In this document: one piece after another, positions 11,732 through 20,564 of the stretch
Position numbering within the stretch: the stretch's first letter is position 1
How the letters are laid out: the number at the start of each line of letters is the position of its first letter
Origin: Obrimoposthia wandeli
Taxonomy: Eukaryota
NCBI GenBank assembly: GCA_977020255.1
Contig: CDROCS010004773.1
Coordinates: 1 to 64,000 of the forward strand
DNA length: 64,000 nt
Direction: 5' to 3'
The notes under the pieces: generated by a model
Seen by the model: the letters and a program-made list of their open reading frames with translations, nothing else
Told to the model about the DNA's origin: nothing
The model's database searches: none
Position numbers and translations under genes: made by a program

Positions 11732-13264
11732 TTGAAAACAGCAGTGATGATCCAGTATCACGACGGAACACTAGGAGGACATCTGTCAGGGCGAAAGACA
11801 ATAGCCAGAATCAAAGAGAAGTACCATTGGGATGGTATGGAAGACGACATAAAACAATGGTGTAAACAATGTAAAGTATGTTTAACCAGAAAAGACACCG
11901 GAACTCGTACTAAAGTTCCACTGAAACCAATGCCAGTTCCCTTGGCACCAATGGAATTCACAGCGATGGATATATTGGGACCATTGAGAGAATCAAGTAA
12001 AGGAAACAAGTACGTCATAGTATTTACGGATTACATGACGAGATGGGTAGAAGCATATCCCATGCAGAACCAGAAAGCTGAAACAATAGCGCAAATCTTA
12101 GTGGAAGAGATAATATTTCGATACGGAGTGCCCAGAAAGTTATTAACGGATCAAGGTAAGAACTTCACTGGAGAAGTCATAAAAGCAGTATCGAAGATAT
12201 TCGGAATCATGAAGTTACAAACTTCACCATATCACCCACAGACAGATGGTCTGGTAGAAAGGTTTAATAAAACTTTATGTATGATGGTACAATCCTATTG
12301 CTCAGACAAGCAAGAGGATTGGGATAAATATTTACCTTCATGTCTATATGCTTACAGGAATTCAGTTCGAGAGGCGACGGGTCACACACCATTCTATCTG
12401 ATGTATCTCAGACAGAACAATATGCCGATGGATCTGGAGTGGACCGAGCCAACATCTCAGTATCTAGAAACTGAACAATACATTGTCGTCATGAAGGAAA
12501 GATTACAAGATGCTTGGACCAAAGCCGGATTGAAGTTGAAATTCAATCAAGAAGGTTACAAGGAACAATACGACAAAAAAGCAAAACCACATGAATTTAG
12601 AGTCGGAGATCAAGTGATGATATTTTATCCAGTCATCGAACCAGGTCTATCGTTTAAACTTCATAGACCATACAAAGGACCATACAAGGTGATCCAGACA
12701 ACTTCAACAAATTTGAAAGTAATCAACGAAGAGAATCGGAACAAGGAACCGATGATTGTACATGCAAATCGATGCAAATTAGTACCAAATAAAGATAATG
12801 CGTCACGATATGAGTTAAGATCACAGAAATCGAAATCGAATACCAATACCATTAAACTTACACGAATGGTAAGTGATCGGAACTACATAAACATGATGAC
12901 GAGTGGTAGCGAGGAAAAACCAGCAAGAATTGGTATGCTCAGAATGAAGTACCAAGAGGAAAAGGAAGTAATCCGACACATCGCACCACAAGAGATATTA
13001 GAAGAAGACGAAGAGATAATAGTCGTTTTCGAAAAAACACAACCAACAGATGTAGCTAAAGAAGTCATTGTGAAAGATGCACTAACAAACGAATTTCTGT
13101 GCGAACTTAGAGTGTCATACTATGACGGGAATACACTAGTCGCAGCGCTTTATCAAAATTCCAATGTGTTTACGACTGAGAAAGTGATAATCGAAATCAC
13201 ATTGACACCAAACATAGTTGCATGGCAGAACTATGACAGTACTGAAGCAGGACTAGCCAGTTAG
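11732..13264 (+). CDS. pol: Integrase (HHCC, DDE core, GPY) with C-terminal extension
   Basis: YHDGTLGGH...CKQC, AMDILGPL, LLTDQGKNF, TDGLVERFN, PYKGPYKV. Confidence 0.95.
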   Translation: MKTAVMIQYHDGTLGGHLSGRKTIARIKEKYHWDGMEDDIKQWCKQCKVCLTRKDTGTRTKVPLKPMPVPLAPMEFTAMDILGPLRESSKGNKYVIVFTDYMTRWVEAYPMQNQKAETIAQILVEEIIFRYGVPRKLLTDQGKNFTGEVIKAVSKIFGIMKLQTSPYHPQTDGLVERFNKTLCMMVQSYCSDKQEDWDKYLPSCLYAYRNSVREATGHTPFYLMYLRQNNMPMDLEWTEPTSQYLETEQYIVVMKERLQDAWTKAGLKLKFNQEGYKEQYDKKAKPHEFRVGDQVMIFYPVIEPGLSFKLHRPYKGPYKVIQTTSTNLKVINEENRNKEPMIVHANRCKLVPNKDNASRYELRSQKSKSNTNTIKLTRMVSDRNYINMMTSGSEEKPARIGMLRMKYQEEKEVIRHIAPQEILEEDEEIIVVFEKTQPTDVAKEVIVKDALTNEFLCELRVSYYDGNTLVAALYQNSNVFTTEKVIIEITLTPNIVAWQNYDSTEAGLAS

Positions 13265-13342
13265 GAAGAGAAGGAACCGGCCGGTGGTCACATACTGCAT
13301 GGTACACCAAAAAGACTCAAACAAGAATACCACGATGTAATA

Positions 13343-15211
13343 ATGGTATTACGTAATTCACATGGGAAAAGAGATATCATGAGAGTCCATTTAATCGACG
13401 CTGACACTGAAAAGATAATTTGTCAGATGGACACCAAATACTTTGATGGAAAGACAATTGTATGTTGTATACCAGAATCTCACCGGTTAGACACAGATCA
13501 AACGGAAGTATCTGTAAGGTTGAGCGTAATAGAAGGATTTCATTCGCTAAACCATCCGGAAGTGACTAACAATAAAATCATCAAAGCAACGGCAGAGTTA
13601 CGCATTGACAGCGGATACCGGAAGTGGGAAGCTAAAAATAAAAAACCACAAAGAATCAATATGATCCGAGAACAAGTGACCAACTCAATCCAGCCAAAAT
13701 ATCATGCTGAAATAGTATCATCCGCGCCAAGTGTAATTACATCGATAAACGACGAAATTATAATTTTACTAAAAAATCGATGGCCGTCATCAACTGAGAT
13801 ACGAGTAAACTTAATTAATTATGCGAAGACACCGATATCTAAGCTGAATGTTACCTATTTCGATGGATTGTCCATCATGGGTAAATTAGAAACAATTGTC
13901 ATGTGCTATGGAGCACAGTTCCAAGTTGAGATACTTAAAGACAGTGTAATACCGTATCCAATTCACAAATACGAAGGGGAAATCAATCCAATTATTCTAA
14001 CCCCTTCATTAATTTCAGTTCAGACAGACATACCAGAATACCCTTCGAGCGAGTCTAGTGAAGACAGCGAACCGGAAAGTAACGATACAGAATCAACAGA
14101 ATCCGAAGATAACATAATAGAGCGATTCGGAAGAACCATGGAGGTTGAATTCGCTAAAGAGAACAGAAAAAGACAAAACATAGAATTCGTGAAACAGAAT
14201 ATACAAGAAAGACGAATTAAATCTGCAGAAGAGACCGAGTCGGAAGAAGACTCAACAAAGGAACAGACATCAGAGACAAAGATGAATATCTCTCCAGCAA
14301 TACGAATGCTGAGAGGAAAGAAACTGGCAAAACTATCTAACATCGACGAACAGATAGAGAAGAGATTAGAAAGACTAAAACTTGAAGAGTCAGAATTAAT
14401 GCCACCAATGAGTGAGATCATTCCAGGTAAGTTATACCTCGGAAATGTGGAGGATGCAACAGATGAAAAGAAACTGTTGGAACAAGGGATAACATACGTG
14501 ATCAACGTTACAATGAATCACAAATCACAATATCAGACGATCAGAGCCATGACATTAAGAGTAAAAGACTCAATGGATGCTAATCTTCTCGAATGGTTCG
14601 TAGAAACAAACGAAATACTTCACAGAGAACTCCGGAACCAAGGAAAAGTGTTGGTACATTGTCAGAAAGGAATTTCTCGATCAGCAACTCTAGTATTAGC
14701 ATACCTAATAAAGACTAGACGAATGCAGGTACTAGAAGCGCTAAAATACCTACAGGAGAGAAGAAGTATTGCAAACCCAAATCTTAATTTTTTGGGACAG
14801 TTGGCAAATTACCAACTTCTGTTGCAAGAACAAAGACGGATGGACGACATTCCTGAGGATCCAAAGGAAAAGAATTTCCTCCAAGCATTATCATTGACCG
14901 GGTTATTCTTAGCCGGAGTCGACAAAATTACACAGATAATGCCAAAGGTATTTTTATGTCATCCAGGAGATATAGATACTGCTGGATTAAAGTTCCACAG
15001 TATCAACCGAGTAATCAACATTGTTGAAGTCGGAAACGAAATAATCAGTCTGTGTCAAAATACTGAAGATGACACCACTCGATACATACACGCTTCCAAT
15101 CGAGAAATAAACGATGCACAACAACATCTGACGAAATTGACTCAAACCATCCAAGCTGAAGTCACAGAAGGAAACGGCGTTCTGATATATCAGAAAAAGG
15201 TACGATGTTAG
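13343..15211 (+). CDS. Accessory polyprotein: repeated ~90-aa domains, acidic linker, dual-specificity phosphatase, start of a pseudophosphatase
   Basis: SEIIPGKLYLGN...GITYVINVT...VLVHCQKGISRSATLVLAYL...PNLNFLGQL (CX5R intact, Cys at 14660). A second DUSP-like unit starts ITQIMPKVFL. Same frame as the integrase ORF, separated by one TAG. Confidence 0.9.
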   Translation: MVLRNSHGKRDIMRVHLIDADTEKIICQMDTKYFDGKTIVCCIPESHRLDTDQTEVSVRLSVIEGFHSLNHPEVTNNKIIKATAELRIDSGYRKWEAKNKKPQRINMIREQVTNSIQPKYHAEIVSSAPSVITSINDEIIILLKNRWPSSTEIRVNLINYAKTPISKLNVTYFDGLSIMGKLETIVMCYGAQFQVEILKDSVIPYPIHKYEGEINPIILTPSLISVQTDIPEYPSSESSEDSEPESNDTESTESEDNIIERFGRTMEVEFAKENRKRQNIEFVKQNIQERRIKSAEETESEEDSTKEQTSETKMNISPAIRMLRGKKLAKLSNIDEQIEKRLERLKLEESELMPPMSEIIPGKLYLGNVEDATDEKKLLEQGITYVINVTMNHKSQYQTIRAMTLRVKDSMDANLLEWFVETNEILHRELRNQGKVLVHCQKGISRSATLVLAYLIKTRRMQVLEALKYLQERRSIANPNLNFLGQLANYQLLLQEQRRMDDIPEDPKEKNFLQALSLTGLFLAGVDKITQIMPKVFLCHPGDIDTAGLKFHSINRVINIVEVGNEIISLCQNTEDDTTRYIHASNREINDAQQHLTKLTQTIQAEVTEGNGVLIYQKKVRC

Positions 15212-15378
15212 CGCCTACCATAGGTGTATCCTTGTTGGTAGAGTACCATGGTCACACGCCAGAAGAAGCGATGGTCTACATCAAACAGAATAGACCAAAT
15301 ACGGAATTCAAACCGTTACTCGTTCGAGAAATAGAAAAAATACACCGAAAAGAGGAAGCAACAACGAGAAACAAATGA
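14920..15378 (+). pseudogene. Second, catalytically dead DUSP-like domain
   Basis: After a 1-nt shift at ~15198 it reads GVLIYQK-GTMLAPTIGVSLLVEYHGHTPEEAMVYIKQNRPN, with no Cys or Arg in the P-loop position. Confidence 0.65.
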
Positions 15379-15391
15379 AGCTACAACAACA

Positions 15392-16021
15392 GTGCCCAGC
15401 TTTCAATACCAAAGATTGTTAGCGATAGGCTTGTTAAGTTGTCTAATGCCAATAACGGGAGCACAAGAAATAGGCTCCAACCACGGAAATAGTTCCTGGT
15501 TCAACGAAATCCACAACTACACCATACAGTACCATACGCCGGCACTGATGATGCTATTAGTGTTGTTAGGACTAATTGATGTGTGGATCATCCGAAAATG
15601 TCTTCGATCTATGAGAACCGACAGTAAAAGATTTCAGTTTGTAAAGATGAAAAGACCAAATGGACCAACGAACAAAGTGCTTGTGTATCTAGACGAAAGG
15701 ATCGAGGACAACATAGTAAATGAAGCGATATTTTACCCACAAAACAGAATACTGAATCAATTTCGAATAGATTACGAAGCTGACCGACAGCGCACACTTG
15801 ACCGAATATCAACAACATTCGCCGGATGCAAGCGAAGAAAACGAGTTGTAAAGGAAATACAAAAAGATGCTGATACAAAAGGACCAACGTATATATTCGA
15901 CGGCGATGTCATCAAAACACGTGAGTATGGAAGTAAGAGAGTAATAATTGAAACGATGGAAGGACATAAAACATGCTTGTCCGCCAAAAATGGATTCGGA
16001 AAGTTGACGATACAAAGGTAA
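15392..16021 (+). CDS. Putative membrane protein of unknown function (no ATG; possibly part of the polyprotein)
   Basis: 209-codon open frame with a signal-like segment LLAIGLLSCLMPITGA and a TM-like segment ALMMLLVLLGLIDVWII. Confidence 0.5.
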   Translation: MPSFQYQRLLAIGLLSCLMPITGAQEIGSNHGNSSWFNEIHNYTIQYHTPALMMLLVLLGLIDVWIIRKCLRSMRTDSKRFQFVKMKRPNGPTNKVLVYLDERIEDNIVNEAIFYPQNRILNQFRIDYEADRQRTLDRISTTFAGCKRRKRVVKEIQKDADTKGPTYIFDGDVIKTREYGSKRVIIETMEGHKTCLSAKNGFGKLTIQR

Positions 16022-16061
16022 CCCGGTACAGTTAATTATCGGAAGAAATGGAATCGAGGAG

Positions 16062-18080
16062 ATGTCAAAACAACGACAGACAACAAAACGATCCAATCAG
16101 AAACAGATATCTCTCAAACGATTGATAATTAAAACCCTTTGCAAAAGGTCAGTCAAGGCCCTGTGCACCGTTGCACAAGGATTGATCTATGGAGTAGTAA
16201 TTGGATTGGTACTGCAAGCCATGCCAACCAGTAAAGCCGAATTGATGACACTATCTGAATATAATTTACATTTGAGAAATCTAGACAACACCCTAGAAAT
16301 AATCAAGACATCCCACAGTAAAGCCGTGATGATCATGTGTGTAAAAGGATGTCCAGGACGAATGTGTATAGTCCCAGCGACCGAAATGATAACACTTAAT
16401 GGACATTATGGAATTAGTGTTGTCACATGTGAAGACTACATATTTGGACAAACTAAAATAGTGCTTCTCAGTGACATGTCCAACCAAAGTGCACACAAAT
16501 TTAAAATATTAACCATCAAGAGTAAAGGAATACCAGCAGTACGTTACGGTATTCTAGAATTGGTTAATCCGATACTCGCACTGATCATTGGATTTATAAT
16601 ATTAATATTACTCATCTTGTTTTGTTGTACAAAGATAGAGTTGAGATCAAAAAAGAAACGTCATGATCTCGCAAGACGAACAGGTCAAATGAATTTACAA
16701 AAATTCAACACAAGTATACCAAGACCACCCTTCCTAGATGAACCAGCACCAGAGTACCAGCCAACGATATATGAACATATCGAGGAAAGACCGTACTATA
16801 TGAGTAATTTGAGTTGTTTCATTGAAGTTCCTGAGTTTAGGAATCGAACGATCATAGGAATCATGCTGATCATACAAATTACCACTACCAAGGCTAGTTA
16901 TGTGATCATGATCAGTAAATGGAGACAAGATGTAATACGGGCGTTATACATAGAAATCCCTTTATTAAAAACAAATCACGTAGTAGACATTCATCTACAG
17001 ACGTCAGCAACCGACAATATCGATCAGAAATTGTATGTCATCCGACAGGTCAGAATAAAGATCGACCAAAATACACCCGATTACAATTTAATATTATTGT
17101 ATCATGAAAAAGTGTTATACCTACGGATAACAATATCGAAGAGGAAGCGGATTATCCAAAGTATCCGAACAAAGTCATTAATATTGCCTAGAGATGAACG
17201 CATCTGGAAAATTGTCGACAGGATTATGATCACAGGTAGACGACGTAAAGCCGTATGGAATTCCGTTAGGATATTTTTCAGATTGCTAGAAACTGACAAA
17301 GTAACAGTAATGTGTCCCAACCCAGATGGCGGAATCAGATTCGAAATCCAAAGCCAAAAGTTAGTACCACATTTTAACACGGAATGTCTGTGTAATCGAA
17401 TTTCCAGTAATACTACAGAGACCTCGACCATAATCATGATAATAACAGGTGAAATATTCTACATAACTCTAAGATACCAGAACCGTCGATTTCGTAGATC
17501 CGGTATAAGTATCAAACCCAGGAAAATCATTCCCAAAAGGCCAATCCTAGTCAGAAAGAAGGCAAAAGTAAACGAAAGTAAACGCCATTCCAAAAAACCG
17601 ACAGTGATCAGAACAAAGACAGAAGCGAAAGAAAAAGAGCTCAATCCCAGAAACCAAAGTACAATTATTAAGAGGACAAGAGTGAGGGGAACGATCCCAC
17701 TAGATCCCAAACATCATTTCCAATCCAAAATAATAATACCTGTTCCATCAGAAACAAAACACCCAAATCCACGAATTTTTAGAAAATCGGACATAATACA
17801 TGGAAACCGATCAAAACCCATGGAAATGTCATTTGAACCGACAAACAACAAAATGAAGTATGATTATAAATCATCAGACAGCGGAATAACAACGGTCAAT
17901 GCCCTAATTGGAATGGCCGTAGTGTCAACAACAGTGGTTCTATTGACAGTCGTGTGCGTAAAAGGCAGTCAAGTATGCCCAAGAATACGACGAAAATGCG
18001 AAGGATTGCGATGCTGTGACACACCCATCATGGAGGAAGTGGAATTGCGACCCTTACCTCCGCCTTCCATCAAGATATGA
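16062..18080 (+). CDS. 672-aa multi-membrane-segment protein of unknown function
   Basis: Long intact ORF with four hydrophobic segments (GLIYGVVIGLVLQA, ILALIIGFIILILLILFCC, IIGIMLIIQITTTKA, ALIGMAVVSTTVVLLTVVCV). Confidence 0.7.
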   Translation: MSKQRQTTKRSNQKQISLKRLIIKTLCKRSVKALCTVAQGLIYGVVIGLVLQAMPTSKAELMTLSEYNLHLRNLDNTLEIIKTSHSKAVMIMCVKGCPGRMCIVPATEMITLNGHYGISVVTCEDYIFGQTKIVLLSDMSNQSAHKFKILTIKSKGIPAVRYGILELVNPILALIIGFIILILLILFCCTKIELRSKKKRHDLARRTGQMNLQKFNTSIPRPPFLDEPAPEYQPTIYEHIEERPYYMSNLSCFIEVPEFRNRTIIGIMLIIQITTTKASYVIMISKWRQDVIRALYIEIPLLKTNHVVDIHLQTSATDNIDQKLYVIRQVRIKIDQNTPDYNLILLYHEKVLYLRITISKRKRIIQSIRTKSLILPRDERIWKIVDRIMITGRRRKAVWNSVRIFFRLLETDKVTVMCPNPDGGIRFEIQSQKLVPHFNTECLCNRISSNTTETSTIIMIITGEIFYITLRYQNRRFRRSGISIKPRKIIPKRPILVRKKAKVNESKRHSKKPTVIRTKTEAKEKELNPRNQSTIIKRTRVRGTIPLDPKHHFQSKIIIPVPSETKHPNPRIFRKSDIIHGNRSKPMEMSFEPTNNKMKYDYKSSDSGITTVNALIGMAVVSTTVVLLTVVCVKGSQVCPRIRRKCEGLRCCDTPIMEEVELRPLPPPSIKI

Positions 18081-18203
18081 TGAGTCAGAGGAGGTTGTAG
18101 ATAAATTAGTGTGTGAAATATGTAGAAATATCTAGAAGCGATTGTACAAATAGTAGAAATATATAAAACTCATGTAGAAATTAATTCTCATCATGTATTT
18201 AGA

Positions 18204-18503
18204 ATGTCCGAAGAATGCCCAATATGTTTGGAAGATCTAACCGAACGAAGAACAAGACCCGAAACCTGCAACCATTTACACCACGAGGAATGTTTATCGA
18301 CATGGATCAGAACTTATGGACAGTTCGGACATCCAACATACCCTTGTTGCCCTGTATGCAGAAGACAATTCGCAAGATTCATCATGTTAGAACCCAACCA
18401 AGAGGATGTATATGTACAGGTGGTATTCTGTTGGAAGAATTTCGGAGAGTGTTGGTGTTATTACTGTTTGTCAGAACGACAAAATCCGACCACTTTTGTG
18501 TAA
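18204..18503 (+). CDS. RING-H2 protein 1
   Basis: CPIC...CNHLHHEEC...W...CPVCR. Confidence 0.85.
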   Translation: MSEECPICLEDLTERRTRPETCNHLHHEECLSTWIRTYGQFGHPTYPCCPVCRRQFARFIMLEPNQEDVYVQVVFCWKNFGECWCYYCLSERQNPTTFV

Positions 18504-18563
18504 ACATCACACAACCACCAGTCCTCAATCGAGCCCAAATTCAACATCAACCCTCTCACAGTA

Positions 18564-18869
18564 ATGTCTGGAGAATGTTCCATCTGCTACGAGAGCATCG
18601 TGGACTTCTACACCAAGCCCAACAACTGCGACCACCTCTTCCACGTCGAATGCCTCGAGACGTGGATCCCCATCGCAAACAGCAACAATCCCCTCGACTT
18701 CCCAACCTGCCCGATGTGCAGAGCGACCTTCTCAGTACACTACGTGTACAACCAGGACAGCCTCCAAGCAGTGATACCCATCGTACACTGCTGGAAAACC
18801 ATCTGCGATTGCTGGTGCTCGTTCTGCGTGGAGGAGCGAAGCACAGGCCAGCCCAATTCCCAACAATAA
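18564..18869 (+). CDS. RING-H2 protein 2
   Basis: CSIC...CDHLFHVECLETW...CPMCR. Confidence 0.85.
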   Translation: MSGECSICYESIVDFYTKPNNCDHLFHVECLETWIPIANSNNPLDFPTCPMCRATFSVHYVYNQDSLQAVIPIVHCWKTICDCWCSFCVEERSTGQPNSQQ

Positions 18870-19208
18870 TCGAAGGTAACTTTCTGACTTGAACGTGACA
18901 TCATGAACTACCCTGTGTATCGCATACCGCGATAAATTAGCTACCATAATTGTAATCATAATTATATAATCTTGTGAACTGTAAATTGACCATTACCATT
19001 TTTATGTATGATGTTTAACTGAAATTGTAATTATTATACTGAAATTCTAAAAAGACAATTTTTATGCTTAGTGTGAATGCGTAAACATGCCTAAAATCGG
19101 AACAAAACTCGGTAGGATTAAATAACTAAGGATTCGTTTTGAAATAAAATTTAAATTAACGATGAGAACGGTGAACCCCAAATTGAAAGGAGTTATTTTC
19201 TTGTGCAG

Positions 19209-19739
19209 ATGAAGTGTTCTGTATGCATGGAGAAAATTTGGGCGGCATCAGCATCCCCTGTCGGCTGCTGTCACAAATTTCACGAGGCGTGCCTCTATTT
19301 GTGGGCCAAGGCTCGACCCCCTGGCCAAATCACGTGCCCACTGTGCCGGACACCCTTTGGCAAATGGACGCTCCAGTGCCGTGGACGATCCAAGGGCACC
19401 CGATCACCTGCCAGCTGCATTGGTGGCATACACTGCCAGTGCTACGTGTGTCTCGCACGCCGGCGCGACACACAATTGGGCATCCGCGAGCGATGGCGGT
19501 CTAGCCGTGACTGCCATTCATGGTTCCAGGCCAGACGTCTATGGATGGAGAACCATGCGCTGAACGGGCAATATTTCGACCTGTTTGTCGAGAGCCCACA
19601 CCTAACCCGGAGCCAGCAACTACACCTCTACAACGGGGACAGTCCGTCCTTTCCCGATCTACCCCTGGAGCAGGTCCTGCGTTACCTGACCAGTCGGAAT
19701 CAGCCGACAATTACAATCGATCTAACTAACGACAATTGA
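19209..19739 (+). CDS. RING-H2 protein 3 with C-terminal SIM-like motif
   Basis: ATG at 19209. CSVC...CCHKFHEACLYLW...CPLCR, ending TITIDLTNDN. The C-terminal half is conserved in copy B. Confidence 0.88.
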   Translation: MKCSVCMEKIWAASASPVGCCHKFHEACLYLWAKARPPGQITCPLCRTPFGKWTLQCRGRSKGTRSPASCIGGIHCQCYVCLARRRDTQLGIRERWRSSRDCHSWFQARRLWMENHALNGQYFDLFVESPHLTRSQQLHLYNGDSPSFPDLPLEQVLRYLTSRNQPTITIDLTNDN

Positions 19740-20564
19740 TAACGTTAAATCCTTTCCTCCCTTCTTTCCTTCCTAATTCTTAATTTATTCATGTAGATTT
19801 TTTTGTGTATAAGTAATAATGTATGGTTTGAGACTTGCTCCAAATTATACATTATGATTCCCACTAAAAACTGGGGTTTTGAGAATTTTTTTTTGGGCAT
19901 GTTTGATGAGTTGAATGATTGATTTTGTAGGGATGAACCTAAAATCAACAGCCAGAGGCTTGTATAAGTAAAATCGATACGTTCCGGGGACGTAACTTTT
20001 TTGGAACCCCCGAGGTATGTTAGGTTTGAGAATTAAGAAATTAAAATATTTTAGTCGATTAAATACTAAAATAAAAATCCTTGAAAGCAAGGTTGAAAAT
20101 TAAATTAAATATTAATTTTAGATTCAAAATTGAAATTAGTGGAAGTTAGGGTAAAAATTAGGAGGACCACGAAGGTCGTGTATAGTGTAAGATATATATA
20201 AGTTAAATTAATTAACCCAAAAGTGCAACAAAACACATTAATAAAAGAAAAAGGAAACGTCAATTAAAGAACGTCAATTAAGGTAAGCACATTTTCGTGC
20301 AGTGAGTTAAAATTAATTTTCAGCTGTTCAATATTGCTGAATTCCTATAAGCCGGAAGAGCAGGAACACTCAAGAGTTGATTGACAACTCATAGCGAATA
20401 TAAAAGAGTCGCTGACGAAGTGAACACAAACCAGAACGAAAATTAGCTAGGAATCAATATCACCTGAAGTCTACGGAGCGGAATCTTGGTAAGTAGGAAT
20501 TTGGGTTGCATTTATAATCAATAATTTAGATTGCCGCATATAACTGATTAGAAGAAGCTAATTG

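Noticed and set aside
3254-17710. Many minus-strand hydrophobic ORFs (e.g. 3254-3616, 9267-9818, 14020-14505, 17102-17437)
   Set aside because: Antisense shadows of A-rich coding sequence.
18215-18892. 225-aa overlapping ORF across RING1 and RING2
   Set aside because: It starts on the third codon position of both RING frames, where C-ending codon bias suppresses stops; no motif recognised.
19981-20012. H-type pseudoknot before the LTR
   Set aside because: Loops 1 and 3 would be 0 nt; alternative pairings are more plausible.
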